Positions 35,736 through 49,045 of a stretch of 64,000 bases of DNA are shown piece after piece. Positions within the stretch are counted from its first letter, which is position 1. Every line of letters begins with the position of its first letter. The notes under the pieces were generated by a model. That model had not been told where the DNA came from and did no database searches. It was given only the letters and a program-made list of their open reading frames with translations. A program made the position numbers and the translations under genes. Source of the stretch: Mobula hypostoma (Eukaryota); assembly GCF_963921235.1 (NCBI RefSeq), contig NC_086097.1:156738001-156802000 (forward strand), given 5' to 3'.

Positions 35736-38560
35736 TTGTATAAGGCTAAGAGTGTTGTAAAAGAGCGCCTGAAGGCTTTGTGTGTCAATGCAAGGAGCAT
35801 TCGTAATAAGGTGGATGAATTGAAAGTGCAGATTGTTATTAATGATTATGATATAGTTGGGAACACAGAGGCATGGCTCCAGTGTGACCAGGGATGGGAG
35901 CTCAACGTTCAGGGATATTCAATATTCAGGAGGGATAGATATGAAGGAAGGGGAGGTGGGGTGGCGTTGCTGGTTAAAGGAGAGATTAACGCAATAGAAA
36001 GGAAGGACATAAGCCGGGAAGATGTGGAATCGATATGGGTAGAGCTGCGTAACACTAAGGGGCAGAAGACGCTGGTGGGAGTTGTGTACAGGCCACCTAA
36101 CAGTAGTAGTGAGGTCGGAGATGGTATTAAACAGGAAATTAGAAATATGTGCAATAAAGGAACAGCAGTTATAATGGGTGACTTCAATCTACATGTAGAT
36201 TGGGTGAACCAAATTGGTAAAGGTGCTGAGGAAGAGGATTTCTTGGAATGTATGCGGGATGGTTTTTTGAACCAACTAGAGAGCAGGCTATTCTGGACTG
36301 GGTTTTGAGCAATGAGGAAGGGTTAATTAGCGATCTTGTCGTGAGAGGCCCCTTGGGTAAGAGTGACCATAATATGGTGGAATTCTTCATTAAGACGGAG
36401 AGTGACATAGTTAATTCAGAAACAAAGGTTCTGAACTTAAAGAGGGGTAACTTTGAAGGTATGAGACGTGAATTAGCTAAGATAGACTGGCAAATGACAC
36501 TTAAAGGATTGATGGTGGATATGCAATGGCAAGCATTTAAAGGTTGCATAGATGAACTACAACAATTGTTCATCCCAGTTTGGCAAAAGAATAAATCAAG
36601 GAAGGTAGTGCACCTGTGGCTGACAAGAGAAATTAGGGATAGTATCAATTCCAAAGAAGAAGCATACAAATTAGCCAGAGAAAGTGGCTCACCTGAGGAC
36701 TGGGAGAAATTCAGAGTTCAGCAGAGGAGGACAAAGGGCTTAATTAGGAAGGGGATAAAAGATTATGAGAGAAAACTGGCAGGGAACATAAAAACTGACT
36801 GTAAAAGCTTTTATAGATATGTAAAAAGGAAAAGACTGGTAAAGACAAATGTAGGTCCCCTGCAGACAGAAACAGGTGAATTGATTATGGGGAGCAAGGA
36901 CATGGCAGACCAATTGAATAATTACTTTGGTTCTGTCTTCACTAAGGAGGACATAAATAATCTTCCAGAAATAGTAGGGGACAGAGGGTCCAGTGAGATG
37001 GAGGTACTAAGCGAAATACATGTTAGTAGGGAAGTGGTGTTAGGTAAATTGAAGGGATTGAAGGCAGATAAATCCCCAGGGCCAGATGGTCTGCATTCTG
37101 GAGTGCTTAAGGAAGTAGCCCAAGAAATAGTGGATGCATTAGTGATAATTTTTCAAAACTCGTTAGATTCTGGACTAGTTCCTGAGGATTGGAGGGTGGC
37201 TAATGTAACTCCACTTTTTAAAAAAGGAGGGAGAGAGAAACCGGGGAATTATAGACCGGTTAGCCTAACGTCGGTGGTGGGGAAACTGCTGGAGTCAGTT
37301 ATCAAAGATGTGATAACAGCACATTTGGAAAGCGGTGAAATGATCGGACAAAGTCAGCATGGATTTGTGAAAGGAAAATCATGTCTGACGAATCTCATAG
37401 AATTTTTTGAGGATGTAACTAGTAGAGTGGATAGGGGAGAACCAGTGGATGTGGTATATTTGGATTTTCAAAAGGCTTTTGACAAGGTCCCACACAGGAG
37501 ATTAGTGTGCAAACTTAAAGCACACGGTATTGGGGGTAAGGTATTGGTGTGGGTGGAGAATTGGTTAGCAGACAGGAAGCAAAGAGTGGGAATAAACGGG
37601 ACCTTTTCAGAATGGCAGGCGGTGACTAGTGGGGTACCGCAAGGCTCAGTGCTGGGACCCCAGTTGTTTACAATATATATTAATGACTTGGATGAGGGAA
37701 TTAAATGCAGCATCTCCAAGTTTGCGGATGATATGAAGCTGGGTGGCAGTGTTAGCTGTGAGGAGGATGCTAAGAGGATGCAGGGTGACTTGGATAGGTT
37801 GGGTGAGTGGGCAAATTCATGGCAGATGCAATTTAATGTGGATAAATGTGAAGTTATCCACTTTGGTGGCAAAAATGGGAAAACAGATTATTATCTGAAT
37901 GGTGGTCGATTAGGAAAAGGGGAGGTGCAACGAGACCTGGGTGTCATTATACACCAGTCATTGAAAGTGGGCATGCAGGTACAGCAGGCGGTGAAAAAGG
38001 CGAATGGTATGCTGGCATTTATAGCGAGAGGATTGGAGTACAGGAGCAGGGAGGTACTACTGCAGTTGTACAAGGCCTTGGTGAGACCACACCCGGAGTA
38101 TTGTGTGCAGTTTTGGTCCCCTAATCTGAGGAAAGACATCCTTGCCATAGAGGGAGTACGAAGAAGGTTCACCAGATTGATTCCTGGGATGGCAGGACTT
38201 TCATATGAAGAAAGACTGGATGAACTGGGCTTGTACTCGTTGGAATTTAGAAGATTGAGGGGGAATCTGATTGAAACGTATAAAATCCTAAAGGGATTGG
38301 ACAGGTTAGATGCAGGAAGATTGTTCCCGATGTTGGGGAAGTCCAGAACGAGGGGCCACAGTTTGAGGATAGGGGGGAAGCCTTTTAGGACCGAGATTAG
38401 GAAAAACTTCTTCACACAGAGATTGGTGAATCTGTGGAATTCTCTGCCACAGGAAACAGTTGGGGCCAGTTCATTGGCTATATTTAAGAGGGAGTTAGAT
38501 ATGGCCCTTGTGGCTACGGGGGTCAGGGGGTATGGAGGGAAGGCTGGGGCGGAGTTCTGA
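35736..38560 (+). pseudogene. CR1 ORF2p (APE EN and RT), frameshifted near 36270 and probably also near 35740
   Basis: NARSIRNK, GGGVALLV, VYRPP, GDFN, SDHN, FADD, WNSLP. Confidence 0.92.
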
Positions 38561-38986
38561 GTTGGATTATCAGCCATGATCATTATAAATGGCGGTGCAG
38601 GCTCGAAGGGCCGAATGGCCTGCTCCTGCACCTATTTTCTATGTTTCTATGCTTCTATGTACTGTTGGTAAAGACTTTTGCACCTTGGCCCCAGAAAGAA
38701 AGCTTGTTTTGTTTGGCTATATTCAGATATGGTTGAATCATAATTAAACTTGAACCTTGAAATTTGAACTTGTAATTTGGTTGAATTGAAGTAACATTCC
38801 TGTTCATTGTGGCAGAGAGGAATAAACAATTGTAGATCACCAACACATTGCTTATATGTTTGCCATTGATAATCTGCCATCAAACTTGTAAGTAAATGTT
38901 CCGTACTTTATCATAGCTACATTAGTCTCCTACCAAGATGGCTTCCTTCATTTCAATTTAGGACCCTCGTCTCCGAATGGAGAAAT

Positions 38987-39253
38987 TCAACAGTGAGTAT
39001 TGGTATCTAAGTTTCTGCTCTTCAAAACTTCCCTGGGAAGATTCAGGCAGTTCCAGATGGAGCAGTTACTGCGGTAACTGTCAGGTATATCAGGAGTCCT
39101 GAGCAAGTTATTGCTGCTGTCATTTTGACAGCTCTCTGAAGTTGGATTCCTCATGGAATGTAGCAGAGCTGTGCACTCTTCCTGCAACTCCGTGACGAAA
39201 CCTCTCCACTGGACTGTTTCAGTCAATCCATTCTCTTCAATGGGAATAAATAC
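38987..39253 (-). CDS. Candidate terminal coding exon of an unidentified host gene
   Basis: Non-repeat sequence; acceptor CTTTTTGTTTCTTTCAG; only phase 0 is open (88 aa to TGA); no homologue recognised. Confidence 0.3.
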   Translation of the reverse strand, partial: VFIPIEENGLTETVQWRGFVTELQEECTALLHSMRNPTSESCQNDSSNNLLRTPDIPDSYRSNCSIWNCLNLPREVLKSRNLDTNTHC

Positions 39254-41686
39254 CTGAAAGAAACAAAAAGTTTCAGATGATGGACATTTCACTGATTTTT
39301 CAGACGTATCTAATTATTCCATGGTTTTATATCTTTTTGGTATATTTTATGTTACTTAACAGCTGTTCGGGGAAATGCCTTAACTGGATAGCAAAGCATC
39401 TTTATGAGATAGTTGAAGTTAATATTTCAGCACAGACCAGATGGGTCAAAGAGCCTCTTTCTGTGCTGTGGTGTTCTATGACTCAATGACTCTATAATAC
39501 AGATTTAAGACTATTTTAACACTAACTTGTTAGCCACCTACATTTCTGACGCAGACTACCGAACACATGAATACATATTCTGTTGCTCAAGCTGCTTATG
39601 ACACCCACAACCTTCAGATGGTCTTTTAATTTTATTTGGCAGTGCTACACCTTATGCACAATAAGCACCATATTTCCTTACAGGTTCACTGGTAACAAAA
39701 TTTGACAGCGCATATAAGAAATTACAAGTGAGTACCTAAGGCTCTCATCAAAGTGAAGTTCAAGCAAGAGGCCATCTGATGTCCCCACATAAGCTGTTGA
39801 GAAATATAATTTTAAAGATTTATCCATTACAAGTCATCTGAGTCTAAAATAATATTTCCATGCAGCTCTCTGAATTTAACAAATTAATATGTTTTGCAAA
39901 CATTCATGTATTCTGAAAATGAACGAAAGATATACAATTGCACTCTAGGATTCTATTATCATGGCATTTGTACCTAGAGACCTGCCGTAGATTTTTCAGC
40001 TTTTTGCCTGAAATGCTTTTTTTCCAATAAAAAAGGGATTATTGGATTCAAAAAGAAAGGGACATTTTGCACTGCACCATATTTACTTCGTTGCTAGGAC
40101 TGTCTTTTCAATTCAAGTGAAGTATCCCCATGGTCTGGTTTTCGGAGCTGAGCCTGGGAAGATCGCAACAAAATAAAGAGACAGTTTTTGCATTGCAGAT
40201 GATTTATAGAGTGCAGTGTAGTGGAATGTAATTATCAATGCTGCATTTATTCCTAATATTCTTCATTAGTGATCTGCCTCTTTACAATCATGCAGGTGCT
40301 TGTGGACAAAGGACATGGTAAGGGAACCAGATAGGATTTAACCTATGATATTAGAATATAAGAAACATTCAATGAATATTGGATGCAGAAAAATCTAATA
40401 AACTGAAAGCTTATCTCATGAATTTTAGCACGTTTTCGTTAGGGCTTTTGGTTACTATTGAAGTGAGCAAATTTAAAATCAGAGCTTGAGGGGAGGGTGT
40501 CACATAATTACTTACGCATTGCTCCTTCTATTTTGTCACCAGGCACTGCAGTTAATGATTGTATTCTATATGGCTGAGCTCTGGAGATGCGCAAGGTTCA
40601 CAAGGTCGACTTTAGAATCTATGAGTAATACATTGGTGAAAGCATTCTGCACATGAACAAATAATTATAATCTGTGCAATTAATGTGCAAGCAATACCAA
40701 CTGTTACATCATCTGATGTACAGCTCTTTAGTGACCAGAACACGAATTTACACTGATGGATTGGCTGCCATGCAGTTCATATCCATAGATGTGAAATATG
40801 AAGGCTCAAGAGACTGCAGGTGCTGGAATCAGGAGTAATGCAGGGTTTCAACCCAACATGTAGACAGTTCCCAACTCCCCATAGATGCTGTTCAACCTGC
40901 TGAGCTCCTCCAGCAGACTGTTTGTTGCTATGTGAACCAAGAATTATTTTGTGCTAAGGCCTCAGCCCAGAGATAATGAGAACACCATCTAGATTTCCCC
41001 TCCAGTCAACTTCTGTAAGACTATAAAAATATTATTTCACTTTCCGTCTAGAGATACAGCACAGTTACAGGATGTTCAAAACAGCAGCAGGTTTAGGACA
41101 ATGGGCTCTTGAGTCTGATCCACCACTAAGTAAAATCATGGCGAATACAATTAAGGCCTTGTCTCTACTATCCTGTACCCCTTGATTTCTTTATAGTTCA
41201 AATGTTTGACTGTATCTGCATTGAATATATTCAATGTTTCCACTTTCTGAGATGGAGAATTCCAACAATTTATAAACCTGTGAGACAAGAAATTGCATTA
41301 TCAATGGTGTGACCTTTGGATTAGAAGAGCTATAATTCAATTTTGCTGAGCAGTTGTCATGACTGAACATTTAAAATATCAGTTGGACTACTTCACTCCT
41401 ACATTCAAATGATATGTAAGGTTTATAATATATACTGTTTGGCTTCCAATTTGCATGTTGCAACTGTATGCTGGTTTCCAGTGATTTATGTACAAGCTCA
41501 CTTAAGTCCTTTTCAACATCATGATTATCCACTATTTTTAAAAAATGCACAATAAAGTTGATAACCTTTTATTTGAGTGTTCTCACTCATTCACATTACC
41601 TATGTACCCAAATTCCACTCAATCATCATTGTACGCACTCAGTTGATCAAGGTCGTGCATAGATATTGTGTCCTACCGTGGAGAGT

Positions 41687-42200
41687 ATTCTGACAGGCTG
41701 CATCACTGTCTGGTATGGAGGGGCAACTGCACAGGACCGAAAGAAGCTGCAGATGGTTGGAAATCTAGTCAGCTCCACCTTGGGTACTAGCCTACAAAGT
41801 ACCCAGGACATCTTTAGGGAGCGGTGTCTTAGAAAGGCAGCGTCCATTGTTAAAGACCTGCAGCACCCAGAGCATGCACTTTTCTCACTGTTACCATCAG
41901 GCTGGAGGTACAGAAGCCTGAAGGCACACACTCAGTGATTCAGGAACAGCTTCTTCCCCTCTGCCATCTGATTCCTAAATGGACATTGAATCTTTGGACA
42001 CGATCTCACTTTTTCTAATATACAGTATTTCTGTTTTTGCACATTTTTTAATCTATTCAATATATGCAATTGATTTGCTTGTTTCTTTATTATGTGTTTT
42101 TTTTTTCTCTGCTAGATTATGTATTGCATTGAACTGCTGCTAAGTTAACAAATTTCACGTCACATGCCAGTGATAAAAAACCTGATTCTGATTCTGATTC
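41687..42200 (+). mobile_element. Rex1/Babar-like 3' end with (CTGATT)n tail
   Basis: ESILTGCITVWYG...LFSLLPSGWRYRS. Confidence 0.85.
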
Positions 42201-42622
42201 TGTGCAAGCCAGGGCAGTATGATCTGGAGAGAAAGCTGTTGGCCATGGAACAGACTCCCCCCACCCACCACCACATGCAGTTGATGAATCCAAAGGAACG
42301 GCAGAGACCAATACCAGTAAAGTTGCAGGAGGTGCCAGTCAGCATTAAACTCAATGTAGGGCTGCCTTAAGGACTCCAGCTGCAGATTTTTTCCTCGGGG
42401 TTTATTCCTGAGGCCTTCCCATGGCTGGGTTTAGTCACAAGGCAGCAGAGGTTTGAGATTTGTTTTCCTTCTCCTAGATGAGCTGCCAACCATGGCTGAC
42501 GCAAGCCCGATCTGTCTGAAATGATTGGTTTTAAGGCACTAGTAACCTGCCTTTGACCCTTATCCTGTCAGTGGAAGTTGTTCTGCCAGGCTTAGTACCT
42601 GAGTAACACATGAAGGAGCTGG
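42201..42622 (-). mobile_element. Non-coding RTE-5'UTR-like repeat, same family as 56045-56552
   Basis: Colinear reverse-complement similarity, including shared CTAGGAGAAGGAAAAC. Confidence 0.6.
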
Positions 42623-42661
42623 TTAACAACATCAGCAAACTTGATTCCCCTACCCCACTCA

Positions 42662-42794
42662 GAAACAAGAGAAAATCTTCAGATGCTGGAAATCCAAGCA
42701 ACACACACAAAATGCTGGAGGAACTCAGCAGGCCAGGCAGCATTATGGAAAAAAGTACAGTCAACGTTTTGGGCCGAGACCCTTCGGCAGGACT
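42662..42794 (-). mobile_element. Single-arm Penelope 3'-end insertion ending at the hammerhead stem I
   Basis: Ends GGGCCGAGACCCTTCGGCAGGACT; no TSD found. Confidence 0.8.
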
Positions 42795-43744
42795 TTGCTG
42801 ATATAAATGGTAAACAACTGGGTCCCAAACAAAAGTGAAAATGATACACCTCTAGTCCCAGATTATCAATCTGGAAGTGATCAGTTTATACACATTCATT
42901 GCTTTTTGTCTATTAAACTATCAATCAGTATCAATTTTCAATGTTTAACTGCCTCCTAAAAAGTTAATTACATTAATTCACTGATTTCCATTTACCTATT
43001 CTATTTTGTCACAAGCATAATCCATTGTCACAAAAAATCCAGTAGATTAGTGAATGATAACTTTCCTTTCGTAAATCCATGCTCTGTCCTTTCAAATTGA
43101 CCCATTTATAGTGACTCACTGTTGTCAGTTTGTCAGCCAGTCCCTTATTCAAGCTACTATATTATTATTCACAAACCCATATGTTCTTTCCGTGAAATGG
43201 TAATGTTGTATTTGGCAGCTTATTGAATGAGCTTTAGAAATTCATATATGTTATTTGTTCTCCTTTATCTATCCTGTTTGTTATATCCTTAGCAAACTTC
43301 AGGAAATTTATCAATTTCCGTTGAATAAAGCCATATTGGCTCTTCTGGTTTTATAATTTTCTAGATTTCCTGTCATTACCTTCGTAGTATTAGATTCTAG
43401 ATTTTTTTCCAAACTAGATACTTGGCTAACTAGCCTTTGTTCTTGCCTCTTGTCTCTCTCCTTCATGGATGCTGGTTTATATTTATACTTTTTCAATCCA
43501 CTGGAACTTCTCCATAATCCAGGAAAACTTGGTAGATTAGAACCAATGTATCTACTATCTCTGCAGCCAATTTAACATGCAGGCTGAGGGGGCCAGAGGA
43601 AATCAGGCTCTAGTTTAATTACTTTTGAACTTAGACTTCACAATTTAGCTCGTACGTGATACTTGCCCCTCATTGTCTACCTGCACTGTCCTTTCTCTGT
43701 AACTCGAGCACAATATTCTGCTTTCTGCTTTGTGCTGCCTCGAT

Positions 43745-44140
43745 ACAGAACATAGAAATCTACAGCACATTGCAGGCACTTCGGCCCACAGTGTTGTGCT
43801 GACCATGTAACCTACTCTAGAAACTGCCTAGAATTACCCTACCGCATAGCCCTCTATTTTTCTAAGCATATACCTATGTAAGAGTCTTTTAAAAGACCCT
43901 ATTGTATCCGTCTCCACCACCATTGCCAGCAGTGCATTCTATGCACCCATCAATCTCTGTGTGAAAAACTTACCCCTAACATCCACCCCCCCACCCCGTA
44001 CCTACTTTCAAGCACCTTAAAACTATGCCCCTCCACATTAGCCTTTTCAGCCCTGGGAAAAAGCCTCTGGCTATCCACACAATTAATGCCTCAAATCATC
44101 TTATGCACCTCTATCAGGTCACCTCTCGCCTTCCTTTGCT
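43745..44140 (-). mobile_element. CR1 3' end
   Basis: Reverse complement of the 32529-32774 subfamily 3' end. Confidence 0.8.
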
Positions 44141-45010
44141 CTGTGTCTTCCATCATGAAACTGATTTAAAGAAATATCTAGGATCTCTGCTGTTTCTTTA
44201 TCTATCTTTATTAATTTTTCAATTTCGTCATCCAAAAAACATTGTTTATTTTATTTAATTCTGTCCTTTTTTTATAGGACATAGGAGTAGAGTTGGGCCA
44301 TTCAGCTCAAGGAGTCTGCTAAAGAAGCTGTTATGATTTTTACTGGATGGAGTTACTCCTTATGACAAGATCCTGTTTACCTGAGTGCCAAAAACCTTTG
44401 GCTTTTCCCCTTAAGAATGCCAAGGTGGACAGACATTGTAACTCAGAACTTCTTGATGGCTTGACTATTGCAGACACCCTTCTTCTTTAATTTTTTTCCT
44501 GACTTTATGTGCAGTCATATTTTTATTCTTCTGCTACGTTTTTGATCATTTCATTCAATATATATTTTAACTGCTACAATGTTTGATAAGTTCCATCACT
44601 TGTAAAAGTTAAGATGCACTTTGGAGCAGAATTCCTTTTCCAAAGTTACCTATTTCCATTGATTTCCTTTAACAGAGAAAAGATATTAATATAAAATGCA
44701 CTGTTACTATTGAATATCTAATTTTAGTTTACTGCCAAGGTTAATTTTATGAATCCAAAACTTCTTTGTTCAGTTTAAGAAATTATACTATATATACAGT
44801 ACTAGATTATTTACTATATCTGGCACAGAATGTTTGTGGACTTTCTTCCCAACTCAAGTTAATAGTTGGAATAAGTGAACAACTGAGATCATGTGCAGAT
44901 ATAGATTTCTAAATTAAATGTTAGTAACATTATGCCTATCAAAACTTCCCTTTGAAACAAGATATTTAAAAAAAGGTAAGAACACCATCTTTTGTTTTGT
45001 TTTGTTAGAT

Positions 45011-46216
45011 CAGCAGTCCCCAAACACCGGGCCACGGACCGGTACTGGGCCGCAAAGCATGCGCTACCGGGCCACGAGGAAGCGATATGATTTGGCGATA
45101 TGAGTCAGCTGCACCTTACTTCATTCCCTGTCACGGCCACTGTTGAGCCATTATGCATGCTAGGTCAATACCCGCGCATCATCCATTTCAGCGCGGGAGG
45201 GAGATCAACTCCTCAAGTTTGTAAATGACGGCGGGCTGGAAAGTATGTTTGACATAACATCTCTGTCGGCATTCTGGATCAAAGTCAAGGCTAAAAATCC
45301 TGAGATAGCCACGAAAGCACTGAAAACGTTGCTTCCATTTCCAACATATCACTGCAGTGAATGCAACGAAAACTAAATTGCGGAATAGACTGGACATAAG
45401 GAACCTCGTTCGACTATCGCTGTCTCCCGTCACCCTTCAATAGGACTGTGTTGTTGCAGGGAAACAAGCCCAGGGCTCCCACTGATTCAGTGATATTGGT
45501 GTGTTGCAATGATTTTATATGTTCATACGGGGAAAATATGTGCTGCGTGTTTAATATCCAAACATTACTTAAAATGTTACGATGCTATTGACTCATATAA
45601 CCATATAACAATTACAGCATGGAAACAGGCGATCTCTCCCCTTCTAGTCCGTGCCGAACGCTACTCACACCTAGTCCCACCGACCTGCACTCAGCCCATA
45701 ACCCTCCATTTCTTTTCTGTCCATATACCTATCCAATTTTTCTTTAAATGATAATATTGAACCTGCCTCTACCACTTCTACTGGAAGTTCGTTCAACACT
45801 TACTTCAAGCTCTCCTGTCCTCCCCGATAATTGACTTATCACCATATTCATGCGAGGAAAATATGCGCTGTGTGTTTAATATTAAATTCGTTAGATAAAC
45901 CCTTTTAGAAAGGAAATTGAGTGTTTTGTCCACTTATCACCGATATTCCAGTCGTGATTAACAAGCCCTCCGCCCCCCTGAACAGAATCGCCAAAAACAA
46001 TTTGTAGAAAAAAATCGTACACGCATGCGCACTGGTGCCCACGCAAGGCTTCATGGTCATTGTAGTCTTTCTCGGGGTAAACCCCAGGTATTTGACTGCT
46101 ACTCTTGTCCGTTGGCAACCCTACCACCACCACCCGCCCCCCAACCCCCTGGTCGGCCGGTCGGCAAGAATATTGTCAATATGAAACCGCAGTGCGAAAA
46201 AGGTTGGGGACCCCTG
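45011..46216 (+). mobile_element. Non-autonomous hAT (Charlie/Buster-like) DNA transposon
   Basis: TIRs CAGCAGTCCCCAA and TTGGGGACCCCTG; 8-bp TSD TGTTAGAT at 45003-45010 and 46217-46224; remnant SLSAFWIKVKAKNPEIATKALKTLLPFPT and TKLRNRLD of the hAT dimerisation domain. Confidence 0.93.
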
Positions 46217-48382
46217 TGTTAGATGATACAGTATTTCTGCCATGATCTTACTGAATGGCAGAATGGACTGAAGAGGCCATTTAGCCTTTTCTTGCTCCTG
46301 TTTCTTTTGTTCACATTTTCTTTGACACTGCATGACATTGAGCTCGTTGATCATGAGAAGGCATACAAAAACTCTTGGTGTTTTTCAGTGATTCTATAGA
46401 TTTAAGCAACACTTGCAAGAGCAACAGGCAGTTGTTACCTCAAGCCATGTGTCAGCTATGACTCAATATGTTGTTCTTGTTTTTGAGTCAGAAGGTTTTG
46501 GATTCAACTCACAATTCAAAAAATTCTAAGTATTAAAAAATAGACTCTGGGGGAATATCAAAGAGTGCCACACAATTTGAGATGCAAGACTCAGTGATGT
46601 TCAGTCAGGTTAGAGCTGCAAGTTACATTATATTCTAGATTATTTACCATATCTGGCACTTGGAAATGACAATCTAGATTTCCATGAAGGTCTTTAAGTA
46701 ATTAGAGGGTTGAGATGCAAGGAGTTTGATGAGAGGCTGGGGCAAGATTATGAAGGGGATTGAAAATTGACATGATGGGTTGAGTTGAAGAATGTATAGA
46801 TAAATGTGGCACTTACCTTAATGAGGTTCCCCAGAGCAGCAATGTGCAATGAAAGGTTCTCCTTAGTGTGACCAACAATAGTTGCTTCCAAGATAGTAGG
46901 GGCTAAATCCTGCTTTAATGCACCAAAGGAGTGTTGTGTGGGAAATTAAATCTTTTGATATGCATCTGACACCTGTGTCTCCTCAGACAGGTAAGACACA
47001 TGCCAAGAAATTAAAATTTCGGGAACCTGGAAATGGATGCTATCATGTTTCACCTTAAGAAAGTTGTGACAATACTTGATACAGCAAAGGCTATGAGCGC
47101 TGACAACATCTACAGTATAGTAGTGAAGTTCAGTGATATCTCTAGCCAAGATGTTCCTGAACAGTTACAATATTTGCATCCAGCTGACAAAGTGGAAAAT
47201 GGCTCAGGTTGATCCTGTTCAAAAAGAACTGGACAAACACAGACCCACCACTCAATTAGTTCACTGTCAATCATAATTGATGTGGTGGAAGTCTTATCAT
47301 GATGCTATCAAGAAACATTCACTCATAAATAATCTGCTGTGCTTTGATCAGTTTAGATATTGTCGGAATGATTCAGTGCCTTGGTTATCACTACTCCAGT
47401 CTAGAGGTGATTCAGTTTCAGATTAATTTATCACATGTATATTGAAACGTACAGTGAAATGTGTAGTTCATGTTAACAACCAATTAAACCTAAGGATACG
47501 CTGGGACAACCCACAAGTATTTCCTCACATTTCAACACCTACATAGCATCCCCACAATGTTTGGCAGAACAGCAACAGCAAACAAGCTCCTTTCCTCCAT
47601 GTCCACCCTCCCCCCATGCATTAACTCACACAGATGGACAGGCCTACAATCCCCAGACACACCGCCTCAGAGTCCTTGGCCTCAGACTCTCAAACATTGT
47701 GCCCGGACTCTTGGTTTTCAACGTTTGGGCTTTGACTTCCAGGCTCATCAACTTTGGTCTTTGACCTCACCATTTATGGACTTTTTACCTCTGGTGAAGT
47801 AAGAACAACTATTTCTGAAATTAAGCCATCTTAGGCCTGAATGTGATGTTGAGAAGCCCTGTAAAACTAAACACAATGAAGATCAAGCGCAATCGACCGT
47901 GAATGTTAGACCTATTCCTTACAGAATAGAATGTGGTTGTTGCTTTTCAGAGGTCAGTCATCACAGCCTCATGACATCATTGCAGGACTTGCTCAGTGTC
48001 TTATACCCAACCATCTTCAATTCCTTCATAAGTGACCTTCTATCCCTGGTAAATTCAAAAGTAGGGATGTTTACTGAAAATTGCAGAATGTTCTGGGGTT
48101 GGTGAGATCAGCACAAACTGATGGGTGACACCATCACAGGACCAAAGATGCAGAGATATTCCAGTCGGATTTGAACAGGTTGAATGAGTATGCAAATGGC
48201 AGATGCGTCATAATATGGTGGCAAAAGTAGGAAGTTAAATAGTTACCTGAACAGCAATAGATTAGGAAAAGGGGAAGTACATCAAGACTTTTTTCATTAG
48301 TTGGTGAAAGTAAGTGTGCAAGTGAAACAAAAGGAATTGTGCTTTGGAACAGGAATATCTTACTGCATTTGTACGAGCCCTT

Positions 48383-49045
48383 GTGGCGTCACAGGTAGAC
48401 AGGGTTGCAAAGAAGGCTTTTGGCATCCTGGCATTCATAAATCAAAGTATTGAGTATAGGAGTTGGGATGTTATAGTGAGGTTGTATAAGACATTGGTGA
48501 GGCCAAATTTAGAGTATTATGTGCAGTTCTGGTCACCTAACTATAGGAAGGATATCAGTAAGATTGAAAGAGTGCAGAGAAGGTTTACTAGGATGTTGCC
48601 GGGTCTTCAGGAGTTGAGTTACAGGGAAAGATTGAACAAGTTAGGACTTTATTCCTTGCAGCATAGAAGAATGAGGGGGGATTTGATAGACGTTTACAAA
48701 ATTTTGAGGGGTACAGACAGAGTAATTGCGAGTAGGCTCTTTCCACTTGGATTAGGAGAGACAAATATGAGAGGACATGGCTTTAAGGTGAAAGGGGAAA
48801 GGTTTAGCTGGAACTTCACTCAGAGAGTGGTGGGAGTGTGGAACGAGCTGCCATCTGACATGGTAAATATGGGCTCACTCTTCAGTTTTAAGAATAAATT
48901 GGATAGATACATGGATGGAAGAGGTCTGGAGGATTATGGGCTAGGTGCAGGTCAATGGGACTAGCAGAATAAAGTTTTGGCACAGACTAGAAGGGCCGAA
49001 TGGCCTATTTTCTGTGCTGTAGTGTTCTATGGTTCTATGGTTCTA
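48383..49045 (+). mobile_element. CR1 3' fragment nested in an older CR1 (about 48130-49520)
   Basis: LYKTLVRPNLEYYVQFWSP, RMRGDLI, (TTCTATGG)n tail. Confidence 0.88.

Larger units (their letters stand above)
34445..38660 (+). mobile_element. Long CR1 LINE, truncated within ORF1
   Basis: ORF1 remnant, complete-length ORF2 and (TTCTATGT)n-like tail. Confidence 0.96.
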
